Positions 18,282-27,800 of a stretch of DNA of 63,048 nt are shown here, in pieces. The translations under genes and the position numbers were made by a program. The notes beneath the pieces were generated by a model that was given only the letters and a program-made list of their open reading frames with translations, had not been told where the DNA came from and did not search any database. The stretch covers positions 1 to 63,048 of the IMG/VR virus record IMGVR_UViG_3300049328_000002. One strand, given 5' to 3'. The number at the start of each line of letters is the position of its first letter. The first letter of the stretch is position 1. The DNA is from a virus. Its lineage: Duplodnaviria > Caudoviricetes.

Positions 18282-19591
18282 GCGAGCAGATCGCACGCGC
18301 CGCGCTGGCGCGAATGAATATGCGCGAGGTCGCTATATCGACCCACTGCAACACCCTGGCCGCTGACCTGCGGCAGATGGCCTTGGCTGATGCAAAGGTT
18401 GAAGCCGAGCGTTTCGACGAGCGTCGTTCCGATCTGTGTGCTGCATACGGCTACTCGACGAGCGAGCAGCGCAAGCCCTTCGCGTTTGCAGAAGGCATGG
18501 CGATCATCCCGGTGTCGGGCTCCCTGATTAATCGTTTCGGCGGCAGTTGGGGATGGGTCACTGGTTACAACTTCATTCGGTCTCAGATCAACCTGGCCCT
18601 GGCCGACGACGATGTAAAGGGGATCATCCTCGATCTGAATAGTTATGGTGGTGAAGCTGCGGGTGTTTTCGAGCTGAGCACGGACATCCGCGCCGCGCGT
18701 GACCAGAAACCCATTCTCGGCGTGATTGATTCGAACTGCTACAGCGCGTGCTATGCGATCGGATCTGCGTGCAGTCGGCTCGTCATCACGCCAAGCGGCG
18801 GCGCGGGCAGCATCGGCGTAGTCGCCATGCACGTCAACCAAGGCCCCATGCTGGAACAGTGGGGTCTCGAAGTCACCCTGATTCATTCCGGCGATCACAA
18901 GGTCGACGGCAACCCCTTCGAGAAGCTGTCGAAGGAAGTGCGTGCCGACATCCAGAAAGGCGTCGACAAATCGCGCGCAGCGTTCGTCGCCCTGGTCGCC
19001 GAGAACCGAAACATGGATGCGCAGGCGGTGCACGACACCGAAGCTCGCATCTATCGCGCCGAGGACGCAGTTGCCCTCGGTCTTGTCGACGCTATCGCAA
19101 CGCCGACCGAGGCGGTGCAGGCGTTTTTCACCGAGCTTTCCGGCTCGACATCAACCGAGGAAATGAGTATGGACCCCAAAGTAAACGAGCCGGGAGCCGC
19201 CGATAAAGCTGCTGCCGACAAAGCCGCAGCCGATCAAGCTGCTGCGAATCAACAGGCTGCTGCTGATGCGCGCACCGCTGAGCGCACCCGCATCGCCGGC
19301 ATCACTCAATGCGAGGAAGCCAAAGGCCGCGAGAAGTTGGCGAGCCACCTGGCGCTGAGCACTGATATGTCGGTGGACGCTGCCAAGGCTGTTCTTGCGG
19401 CATCCGCTCAAGAAGCGGCACCCGCGCCTGCCGCTGCGGCCAATCCGTTCAAGGAAGCAATGGACGGTGGCAAACACCCGGAGGTCGGCGTGGATGCCGG
19501 CGCCAAGGGTGGCGAGAACGGCGACGGCGGCGAAAACATGGCGTCGCAGATCCTGGCCGCGCAGTCGATGGCCACGGGCGTCAAACACTAA
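18278..19591 (+). CDS. Prohead protease (S49, gpC-like) with C-terminal scaffold domain
   Basis: LNSYGG, SACYAIGSAC, GSIGV. Confidence 0.93.
   Translation: MSEQIARAALARMNMREVAISTHCNTLAADLRQMALADAKVEAERFDERRSDLCAAYGYSTSEQRKPFAFAEGMAIIPVSGSLINRFGGSWGWVTGYNFIRSQINLALADDDVKGIILDLNSYGGEAAGVFELSTDIRAARDQKPILGVIDSNCYSACYAIGSACSRLVITPSGGAGSIGVVAMHVNQGPMLEQWGLEVTLIHSGDHKVDGNPFEKLSKEVRADIQKGVDKSRAAFVALVAENRNMDAQAVHDTEARIYRAEDAVALGLVDAIATPTEAVQAFFTELSGSTSTEEMSMDPKVNEPGAADKAAADKAAADQAAANQQAAADARTAERTRIAGITQCEEAKGREKLASHLALSTDMSVDAAKAVLAASAQEAAPAPAAAANPFKEAMDGGKHPEVGVDAGAKGGENGDGGENMASQILAAQSMATGVKH
19163..19591 (+). CDS. Nested in-frame scaffolding protein (Nu3-like)
   Basis: Internal GAGG RBS before in-frame ATG 19163/19169; Ala-rich; same arrangement as lambda C/Nu3. 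Confidence 0.6.
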   Translation: MSMDPKVNEPGAADKAAADKAAADQAAANQQAAADARTAERTRIAGITQCEEAKGREKLASHLALSTDMSVDAAKAVLAASAQEAAPAPAAAANPFKEAMDGGKHPEVGVDAGAKGGENGDGGENMASQILAAQSMATGVKH

Positions 19592-19636
19592 CCTGCCGCA
19601 ACCGGCAAAACATTTTCATTAATCAGGAGATCGACA

Positions 19637-20287
19637 ATGAACAAACCGATCCTGGCCGGCAGCGAGACGCTGGAACTCCCGGTCGCGGTACAACTTTTCG
19701 CAGGTGAGGCGCCCATCACGACGAACCGTGCGCAAGGTGCCACGAGCATCAAGCTGCCGCAGTACGCGGTCATCGCGCTCGTCGCTGACAAGATCGTCCG
19801 GTACAACGCGGCAGGCAACGATGGTTCGGAGAAAGCAGTCGGCATTCTTGCCGACGAGCTCGACACGATCGCCTACCCTGGCGCGTGGGCTCCGTATTAC
19901 ACAGGCGGCGATTTCAATCACAAGGCGCTGGTGTTCCCCGCGCTCGTGAGCGCAGCAGTCGCCGATGGTGACAACACGGGCAACGGTACTGTCGGCAGCC
20001 TGACCGTCAACGCAGGCGCCCCGGCCGAAACCTGGACGCTTACGCTGATCACCGCAGCGGCTAACGGCGGCACTTTCTCCGTCGTCGGTTCCGTGTCCGG
20101 CGCGAAGGCGAATGCGACGGTCGGCTCTGCTTACAACAACGGATCGGTCGCGTTCACGATCGCGGACGGCTCGACTGACTTTGTTGTCGGCGACACCTTC
20201 ACGATCCAGGCGACTCAGCCGACGTTGACGCAGGCGCGAGCAGTTTTCGCTGCGTTGTCCACCATCAAAATCAGCAAGACGATCTAA
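19637..20287 (+). CDS. Head decoration protein (gpD-like) with inserted beta-rich domain
   Basis: AVGIL...YYTGGDFNHKALVFP; position before the major capsid gene. Confidence 0.85.
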   Translation: MNKPILAGSETLELPVAVQLFAGEAPITTNRAQGATSIKLPQYAVIALVADKIVRYNAAGNDGSEKAVGILADELDTIAYPGAWAPYYTGGDFNHKALVFPALVSAAVADGDNTGNGTVGSLTVNAGAPAETWTLTLITAAANGGTFSVVGSVSGAKANATVGSAYNNGSVAFTIADGSTDFVVGDTFTIQATQPTLTQARAVFAALSTIKISKTI

Positions 20288-20329
20288 TCAGTCGCCTTCA
20301 AACGAGACAATCAAGGAGCTCACGCAATC

Positions 20330-21379
20330 ATGTTCACTCCGCTCGATCTGGCGACCCTTCTCGCGGTTCGCCAAAAGCAACAGGTGATCGCACCCTTCTG
20401 GCTGAATTTCTTCGGCCGGACGTTGGCGTTCGAAACCCCGTACATCGACTTCGAAGAGGTCAATCGCCGGTACAAGAAGCTCGCACCGTTCGTTGCGCCG
20501 AACGTGCAAGGTCGTGTCATCACGACGCAGGGCTCGCGCATGCAGCGCTTCTCCCCGGCGTACGTGAAGCCGAAGTCGGTCATCGATCCGACCAAGGTGA
20601 TCGTGCGCCAGGTCGGCGAGACGATGTATCAGCCGATGTCCAACGCGCAGCGCCGCCTGGCGGTGATCGCCGAGGAAGTCAAAGAGCAGAAGACCCGCAT
20701 CGCGAACCGCGAAGAGTGGCTGGCGGCACATGCCATTATCAATGGTCGCGTGACCATCGCGGGCGAGGACTATCCGACGAAGGAAGTCGACTTCGGTCGC
20801 GACCCGAGTCTGACGTACACCCTGACCGGCGGCGCACGTTGGAGCCAGAACACGGGTGCTCCGCTGACGAACATCCTTGCCGCACGGCGCAACGTGAACA
20901 AGCTGTCCGGCCTGGTCGCGAATCGCTTGATCTTCGGTGTCGACGCCTGGGATCTGTTCGTCGAACGCCTGGGTCTCAACAACCCGACCACCGGCAGCCT
21001 GCTCGATCGTAACTTCCGCGGCTCGGATACCGACATCACCCGCATGCTCAACGGCTACGAAGGCGCAGAGCTGGCGGGTCGATTCACCGGCTCCAACGGC
21101 GCGAGCTTCGAGTGCTGGGTCTACAACGGCAGCTACGAAGACGACGATGGCAACGAGCAGCCGTTCCTCAACAGCTACGACGTGGTTGGTGTCGGTGCTG
21201 TCGATGGCGTGCGCTGCTACGGCGCAATCATGGATGGTCATGCGGGCTACAAGGCGCTCCCGGTCTTCATGAAGAACTGGGAAGAGAACGATCCGTATGT
21301 CGAGTACATCCTGTCGCAGAGCTCGCCGCTCATGGTGCCGGGTGAGCCGAACGCTACGTTCCGCATCCGCGTGAACTGA
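20330..21379 (+). CDS. Major capsid protein (lambda gpE family)
   Basis: LAPFVAP, PAYVKPK, REEWLAA, VDFGRD, SQSSPLMVP. Confidence 0.95.
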   Translation: MFTPLDLATLLAVRQKQQVIAPFWLNFFGRTLAFETPYIDFEEVNRRYKKLAPFVAPNVQGRVITTQGSRMQRFSPAYVKPKSVIDPTKVIVRQVGETMYQPMSNAQRRLAVIAEEVKEQKTRIANREEWLAAHAIINGRVTIAGEDYPTKEVDFGRDPSLTYTLTGGARWSQNTGAPLTNILAARRNVNKLSGLVANRLIFGVDAWDLFVERLGLNNPTTGSLLDRNFRGSDTDITRMLNGYEGAELAGRFTGSNGASFECWVYNGSYEDDDGNEQPFLNSYDVVGVGAVDGVRCYGAIMDGHAGYKALPVFMKNWEENDPYVEYILSQSSPLMVPGEPNATFRIRVN

Positions 21380-21386
21380 TCGAACT

Positions 21387-21419
21387 GGCGACGCGCCGCT
21401 ACGGGCGTCGCCGCTTTTT
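21387..21419 (+). terminator. Terminator after the capsid gene
   Basis: GGCGACGC...GCGTCGCC followed by a T5 tract. Confidence 0.7.
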
Positions 21420-21450
21420 CAAAAATCGAATTTGTTAGGAGACACAGATC

Positions 21451-21738
21451 ATGCCGAAGCGCATTCCCGTTCAAAGCATCGTCCTGCACCGCGAAGGCAA
21501 GCAGGTCATCCCGAAGGTCGGTGAACCCTTCATGTTCACGGAAGACGAACTGGCCGACATCAAGCAGGCCAATCCGAAGGCGATTCGCCACGTCGTCAAC
21601 GAAGACGCCATGCCGGTCGACGGCGATGTGCCGATCGACATGGTCGACGACGAGCCTGTGAAGGGCGATCCCACAGACAAAAAGACCGGCGGCAAAGGCG
21701 GCAAAGCTGGCAAATCCGAGAAATCGGACGAGCTGTAA
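21451..21738 (+). CDS. Head-associated protein (gpFI position)
   Basis: AGGAG RBS; synteny; ends KSDEL. Confidence 0.7.
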   Translation: MPKRIPVQSIVLHREGKQVIPKVGEPFMFTEDELADIKQANPKAIRHVVNEDAMPVDGDVPIDMVDDEPVKGDPTDKKTGGKGGKAGKSEKSDEL

Positions 21739-22100
21739 TGGCATTTGACTTCGCTGCATTGAAGTCACGTAGCCGCCAGGCGTTGCACGACGCTCTGGCG
21801 GTTCCGGCCGACTACATCGACGAGGATCTTGTTATGCCTGCGGAGCTGACTGTTCGCTGGCATAACAAGATCAATCGTTTCAACAGCGCCGACGAACTCG
21901 GCCTGGCGGAATACATCGAAGGTATCGATCGCGTCATCTTCAACATCCCGCAGCTCGAGGCGCAGGGTGTTGTGTTGAAGGCCGGCGGTGAGGTGACGTT
22001 GACGCACCCGGCATTTGAAGGCGCTGTGCTGGTGCTGTCTGCGAAAGAGCCACAGGTCGGCCCGATCGAAGAAATTTGGCTCGTCGGGAAACGGACGTGA
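21738..22100 (+). CDS. Head-tail joining protein (gpFII-like)
   Basis: Size and synteny. Confidence 0.7.
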   Translation: MAFDFAALKSRSRQALHDALAVPADYIDEDLVMPAELTVRWHNKINRFNSADELGLAEYIEGIDRVIFNIPQLEAQGVVLKAGGEVTLTHPAFEGAVLVLSAKEPQVGPIEEIWLVGKRT

Positions 22101-22717
22101 CGACGACATTCGTCGACATCGAAGGTCTCAAGGACGCCGAGTCGTATTTCCGGCGCGTTCCGGAAGTCGCGCAGAAAGCTGCGCTCCTGGCGATCAACCA
22201 GGTCACGCAGCGCGATGCGATGAAAATGGCGCAGGACGCGATATACGACGACGTGGCTTTTCCAAAAGGCTATCTTTCCGGCGACCGTCTTTACGTCTCC
22301 AAGAAGGCAACTGGCGGCGACCTCGAGGCGATCATCGTGGCGCGCAAGCGAGCGACCAGCCTGGCGCGATTCGCGCAGGGTCAGCCGGTCGGCAACCAGA
22401 TGAAGAACGGTGTGCGCGTGCAGGTGAAGCGCGGATCTTCCGTCCATCTGCGCCGCGCCTGGCTGGTGAAGTTGAATACCGGCGCGAGCAAGGACGAAGA
22501 CAATTACAACATCGGGCTGGCGCTGCGCGTGAACCCCGGTGAATCGATACAGGGGAAATACAGCGCGCACAGCTCCTGGCTGGTGCCCGGTGTGATCGCG
22601 CTGCTGTACGGCCCTTCGGTCGATCAGATCTTCCGTGAGGTGGCCAGCGACATCTCCCCTGCTGTGGGGCAGAAGCTGGCCGACGAGTTCTTCCGTCAAT
22701 TCGATAGGTTGCTGTGA
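22097..22717 (+). CDS. Neck / tail completion protein (gpZ-like)
   Basis: LAIN...TSLARF...LYGPSVDQ; GTGA coupling. Confidence 0.8.
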   Translation: MTTTFVDIEGLKDAESYFRRVPEVAQKAALLAINQVTQRDAMKMAQDAIYDDVAFPKGYLSGDRLYVSKKATGGDLEAIIVARKRATSLARFAQGQPVGNQMKNGVRVQVKRGSSVHLRRAWLVKLNTGASKDEDNYNIGLALRVNPGESIQGKYSAHSSWLVPGVIALLYGPSVDQIFREVASDISPAVGQKLADEFFRQFDRLL

Positions 22718-23238
22718 TGCCAATGCCGAAGCGTCTCGCCGTGCTGATTGCACTGTGCGATCACCTGAAGAAGATCACGCCCACCAACGGTTATGAGAGC
22801 GACTTGAGCGAGGCGGTTTTCCGCGGTCGGTCGATCATCGGCGCCGAGCGGCCGCCCAACCCGATGATCTCGATCATCGAAGCGCCTCGCCCCGACGTGG
22901 CTCTCTTCGGCGGCGAGCGGAAAGAGCTGCGTCATGACCAGTGGACGTTGCTGATCCAGGGCACGTCGGATGACGACAAGACAAATCCTTCCGACTCTGC
23001 GTATCACCTTTGCGCCGAAGTAGAGATGCAACTGGCCAGGATCAACGCAACCAGGAGCGAGACCGGCTCGCCGCTGTATCCGCAGGAATGGATGCTCGGC
23101 GGGCTGATCAGCAGCCTGGAAATTGCACCTCCGGTGGTACGCCCCCCGGAGGACAGAGTTTCGGCCTCGGCTTATTTCTTCCTGCCGATCAGGTTGGGGG
23201 TCGCAGTCGAGACAGGTCGGCCGTATACTGCGGCCTAA
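22714..23238 (+). CDS. Tail terminator (gpU-like)
   Basis: ITPTNGY...VFRGR; position before the tail tube gene. Confidence 0.75.
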   Translation: MMPMPKRLAVLIALCDHLKKITPTNGYESDLSEAVFRGRSIIGAERPPNPMISIIEAPRPDVALFGGERKELRHDQWTLLIQGTSDDDKTNPSDSAYHLCAEVEMQLARINATRSETGSPLYPQEWMLGGLISSLEIAPPVVRPPEDRVSASAYFFLPIRLGVAVETGRPYTAA

Positions 23239-23273
23239 TCAACAAACAGTTGACTCGTTCAACAAACGGTTGA
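23239..23273. promoter_or_regulatory. Tandem TCAAC-N5-GTTGA boxes (20-bp period) before the tail tube gene
   Basis: TCAACAAACAGTTGA at 23239; TCAACAAACGGTTGA at 23259. Confidence 0.8.
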
Positions 23274-23300
23274 AACTTTAACTTTAGAGGAACCGCAATC

Positions 23301-24086
23301 ATGGCAGGTCCGGGCAAGGAATATATCGTTGGCAAAGGCCGACTCTTTTTCGACAAGTTCCCCGCGGGTCAAGTGACCGGCGAGGGTGAACGCTATCTCG
23401 GTAACACCCCCGAGCTGACAACTTCGGCCGACTCGGAAACGCTGGATCATTTCGACAGCGACGAGGGTCTGAACGTGAAGGACGAGTCGGTGACGATCGA
23501 AACGTCGCTGACGGGCCAGTTCACCACCGACAACATCTCGGCAGAGAACATCGCCGAATGGTTCGGCGGCGATCTCGAACAGCTCACGATCGCATCGGCG
23601 TCCGGCCAGACGCAGGTGATCACTGCGAAGCTCGGTCGCTTCTTCCAGATCGGTGCGAGCCCCACCACGCCGAACGGCGCGCGGAACATCACCATCACGA
23701 CGATCACGAAAATCGTCGGGGGTATGCCAACACCCGTGACTGCATCCGGCAACTTCGAGTACGACTTAGAGAATGGCCGCGTCTACATCGAGCCCGATGC
23801 GCCTGGCGTAGAAGAAGAAGACGAGCTCACCGTCACCTACGGCGTTGCGGCCGGTTCGCGCACATTGATCGTAGGTAAAGGTCAGGAGGTCCGCGGAGCA
23901 CTGCGCTTCCTCTCGAAGAACCCGGTCGGCAATCAGCGCAACTATTTCTGGCCGTATGTGAAGCTGACCAGCAATGGCGACTACGCGCTGAAAGGCGACG
24001 ACTGGCAAACGATGTCGTTCTCGATCGAGTTCTTGAAAAAGGATGCGACGACCGAGCGCGTGTACGTCGAAGCGATCGACGCATAA
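23301..24086 (+). CDS. Major tail tube protein
   Basis: GKGRLFF...RYLGNTPE...NPVG...GDYALKGDDW. Confidence 0.88.
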   Translation: MAGPGKEYIVGKGRLFFDKFPAGQVTGEGERYLGNTPELTTSADSETLDHFDSDEGLNVKDESVTIETSLTGQFTTDNISAENIAEWFGGDLEQLTIASASGQTQVITAKLGRFFQIGASPTTPNGARNITITTITKIVGGMPTPVTASGNFEYDLENGRVYIEPDAPGVEEEDELTVTYGVAAGSRTLIVGKGQEVRGALRFLSKNPVGNQRNYFWPYVKLTSNGDYALKGDDWQTMSFSIEFLKKDATTERVYVEAIDA

Positions 24087-24119
24087 CCCGCTGTGTTCGA
24101 GATCGCGTAAGCGCCAAGC

Positions 24120-24146
24120 AAAGGGGCAACGGGCGTTGCCCCTTTT
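24120..24146 (+). terminator. Terminator after the tail tube gene
   Basis: AAAGGGGCAAC-GGGC-GTTGCCCCTTTT. Confidence 0.8.
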
Positions 24147-24167
24147 CACATTCCGAGATAGGTCGTC

Positions 24168-24641
24168 ATGGCACTTAAAGACATCGTCGTTCAGCGTGAA
24201 ACTATCCGATTCAACGGCGGCGAATTCGAGGTTCGCGCCATTAACTTCGACGTGATCAATCGCATCATGGTCGAAGGTCAGCGCGGCGAACTCGATCGCG
24301 CGATTCAATTTCTCGAAGAATCCTTGCATCCCGAAACGAAGACTTCGAGCGAAGCGGACCTCATCGGCTCGCTCTCGACGCTCGTGATGGAGATGCCGCA
24401 CCTGGTTGCGAAGGTCGTCGCGTACTGCGCCGACGAGCCTGACCAGGTTGCCACCTTCGCCGGGCTCAGCCTGTCCGTGCAGCTCGACGCCATTCTCGCG
24501 ATCTGCAAACTCACATTCACCGGAGACGACTCAATAAAAAAGTTCCTGGCTTCGGTGATCGAGCTGATGGTGATGATGCGGAAATCAGCGAAGCCAGCAG
24601 TGGAAGGCGCGACAGCCGCATTGGCTGGTATGAAGGCTTGA
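24168..24641 (+). CDS. Tail assembly chaperone (gpG-like)
   Basis: Between tail tube and tape measure genes; contains a slippery site. Confidence 0.85.
   Translation: MALKDIVVQRETIRFNGGEFEVRAINFDVINRIMVEGQRGELDRAIQFLEESLHPETKTSSEADLIGSLSTLVMEMPHLVAKVVAYCADEPDQVATFAGLSLSVQLDAILAICKLTFTGDDSIKKFLASVIELMVMMRKSAKPAVEGATAALAGMKA
24536..24542 (+). other. Programmed -1 ribosomal frameshift site A_AAA_AAG
   Basis: In-frame X XXY YYZ heptamer; the -1 frame is open from 24542 to the stop at 24856. Confidence 0.85.
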
Positions 24642-24856
24642 GGAAGGACGTGTCGCTGCTGCTCGCGAATGGGCACGGTGACGCGAGGTTCTACCCGATT
24701 TATCGGTTGTGGGAAGAAGCGAACATCATCATCGAACGCCTCAACGCACAACTCGGATCGGAAGCCACCTTGATCCAGCTCGCAATAGGCGCGGCGATCG
24801 ACAAGAAGGCCGGCAAACAATTTCAGAAAACGATTAAGCGGCTCATGGGGTACTGA
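24542..24856 (+). CDS. Tail assembly chaperone, frameshifted C-terminal part (gpGT-like)
   Basis: -1 frame VPGFGDR...WYEGLRKDVSLLLANGH; includes ORF 24638-24856. Confidence 0.8.
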   Translation, partial: VPGFGDRADGDDAEISEASSGRRDSRIGWYEGLRKDVSLLLANGHGDARFYPIYRLWEEANIIIERLNAQLGSEATLIQLAIGAAIDKKAGKQFQKTIKRLMGY

Positions 24857-24883
24857 GTCGCTACCTGACGCGAGAGTGGTGAC

Positions 24884-27800
24884 GTGGCTGACGAATCAAA
24901 AGACATCGAGTTACGAATCCGCGCGAGGGACTACAGCCAGAAGACCCTCGATCAACTCGTCGACACGCTCAACGAACTCAGCGACGCACAGTCGAAGCAG
25001 CAGGATGCCGCCAAACGCGGCGAGGCGTCGGCCAAGGAACTTGAAGCCTCGTACCAGAAGCTCGAGAAAGCCGCCCGCGCGCTGATCGGTCAGAGCAATC
25101 TCACCAAGGTCTTCGAAACCCAGTCTCGAGCACTCGCCGAAGCATCGACGCGCGCCGCTGCCGCGCGCAAGGCGCAGGACGAGTACACGAAATCCCTGGC
25201 CGGCGTCGAGACGGTCACGAAGAAGCAGCAAATCGCCCTAGATAAGCTCGCCAGATCGGTCGTTGCAGCCGAGCGTGCTCAGCAGAAGGCCGAAGACCGA
25301 GTCGCCCGCACAACCGCCAAACTAGCCGAATATGGCATAGCCGCTGACCAGGTCGGCGCCGCTCAGGCGCGGATCGCCGCAGCCGTCACTCAGGCGAATG
25401 CCGCACTCGAGCGCCAGGACCGCGCGCTGGACACCATCGACGCGGATCTGAAGAAGGTCCAGCAGTCGGCCGGGCAAGACACCTTCGAGAAGCAGGCCGC
25501 TGATGCCGCTAAGTTGGTGCGAGCCTCCGAGTACGTGCGCTGGTGGACGGACGCCCTCGAAGCGAAGGAAGAGGTCGAGCGTCGTACCTCCGCTGCCGAG
25601 GCGTTCCGCAAGGAGCTCGATGGCGCTGCGGATCTCAGGAAAGCCGCCGAGTACGTCCGCTGGTGGACCGGCGCCCTCGAAGAGAAAGAAGCTGTCGAGC
25701 GTCGTGCCGCCGATACCGCGGCGTTCCGCAAGGAGCTCGACGGCGCTGCGGATCTCAGGAAGGCATCCGAGTACGTTCGCTTCTGGACCCAAGCGCTCGA
25801 GGCGAAGGAATCCGCCGAAGCGAAGTCCGCGGCCGACGCGAGCCTGCTCAAAGAATTCCGAGATCTCGGCGTCGAATCCGAGCGGTCTGCGAAGTCGGTG
25901 GGCCGTGCCGCTCACGCGATCGACGAGCTGGCCGTGGCCAACTCGAAAGCGGGCGACTCCGTGCGCCAGGTGGTCGATCCGACATCCGTCCTGGTCAAGA
26001 CGCTCGACGGTCTCGAGTCAGCCGTTGCCGGCGGCGTTCGTGCGCAGGCGCAGTTCGCGGCCGAGATGGAAAAGACCGGGAAGTCGACGGTCGATGTGCG
26101 GGCCGAGTTGCAGCAACTTTCTCGCGCACAAAGCGGTGCAGCCTCGATCGCCACCTTGGCCGATCGTTTCGCCAACACCCGGTCGGCCGCAGCCGGCGCC
26201 GCGGTTGAACTGCGCCAGGCGCGCAACGAGGTCTTGCAGTACGCCCGCGCCGTGCAGGCAGCCGACGCCCCGAACGATCAACTGGTCGCGTCGCTACGCG
26301 AGGCTGAAGCCCGCCTCGCCGCTGCCGAGCGCCGGTATCAAACATTCGCGGCGGCAACGGCGAAGCTGAAAGGTGATCTCAGCGCTGCCGGCGTCAACGT
26401 GCGCAACCTGGCCAGCGAGATCTCGCGATTGCAGAACGTCGCACAGCGAGCGACGAAGACTTCGAACGACCTGGCAGCCGGCGTGAGCCGGATGAACAAC
26501 GAGTCAGGCAAAGGTAAGTCGGCCTGGCAGTTGCTCACGAGCGGCCAGCGCACGACGTTGTCGCTGACGCAGCGCCTGCGCGGCGAAGTGCTCGCACTCA
26601 CCACGACGTACGTGGGTCTGTACGCGGCGATCGAGGGTGTCAGCAGCGTGCTCGATGCCGTCCAGCAGCGCGCAGCGTCGAATGCACGCCTGTCCACCGC
26701 GTTCGGTGCCGACCAGGTTGGCGCGCAGATGGAGTACGCGCGTGCGCAGGCGGAACGACTCGGCATCGCCTTACCGCAGGTCGCCGAGCAGTACGCGAAG
26801 ATCTCGCTCGCCGCGCAAGCCGCTGGTCTGAATCTGCAAGAAACGCGATTCGTCTTCGAGTCGTTCGCTGAAGTCGGCAAGGTCTACAACCTGACCAAAG
26901 ACGAACTCGACGGCGTGTTCAAAGCCATCGAGCAGATCTTCAGCAAAGGTTCGGTGCAGGCGGAAGAACTGCGCGGCCAGTTGGGCGATCGTCTGACCGG
27001 CGCGTTCTACGAGTTTGCGAAATCAGTCGGCGCGACGACGGCGGAACTCGGCGATTGGATGAAGGAAGGGCAAGTCTCTTCCGAGATGATGTTGTTGTTC
27101 GCGAATCAGTTCCGCAGCAAGGTGGCCCCGCAGCTCGCCGATGCGACGGGTACAGCGGCAAGCGAGATGGCTCGCTTCGAAACGGCAATCTACGACCTGA
27201 AGCTCGCCGTGGCCGACAGCGGCTTCCTCGAAGAATTCACCAACGCCGTTCGCAAGCTGACCGAGTTCATGAAGTCGGACGACGGCAAGAAGCTGGCCGA
27301 AGGTCTCGGTGAAGGGCTGACCGCGCTCGCGAAAGGGTTCGTGTTCCTGCTCGACAACATCGACGGCGTGAAGACTGCATTGAAGGGTTTCGCGGCCGTC
27401 TACGCAGCGACGCGAATCCTTGCGTTCGTTGGTCAGGTGAACGAGCTGGTCGTCGGATTTAAAGCCTTGCAAGCCGCTTCGCCGGCAACCGCAGCTGCAC
27501 TCACTCGTGTCGGCGCCGCAGCTGCGGCCGGTGCCGCTGGTTTCTCGTTCGGCTCCTGGCTGCGCGATGAATTCCCTGCGGTGCGCGGTGCTGCGAATGG
27601 GTTGATCGGCATTTTCGATTACATGTGGACCGCCATCAATGGGGCAAGGAAGGTGGTCCTCACCGAGTATGTTGGCGGCGTGAAAGACATGTTCACCGCG
27701 CTGTACAACATCGTCGTCAAAATCATGAAGGAGATCGGCGAGTTCGTGGTTGAAGCGGCTCGCTCTTTCGGCCTCGACGAATTCGCCGATAGCCTTGCGA

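Noticed and set aside
21727-21738. KDEL-type ER retention signals
   Set aside because: This is a bacteriophage; the resemblance of the DEL tails to eukaryotic KDEL is treated as coincidental
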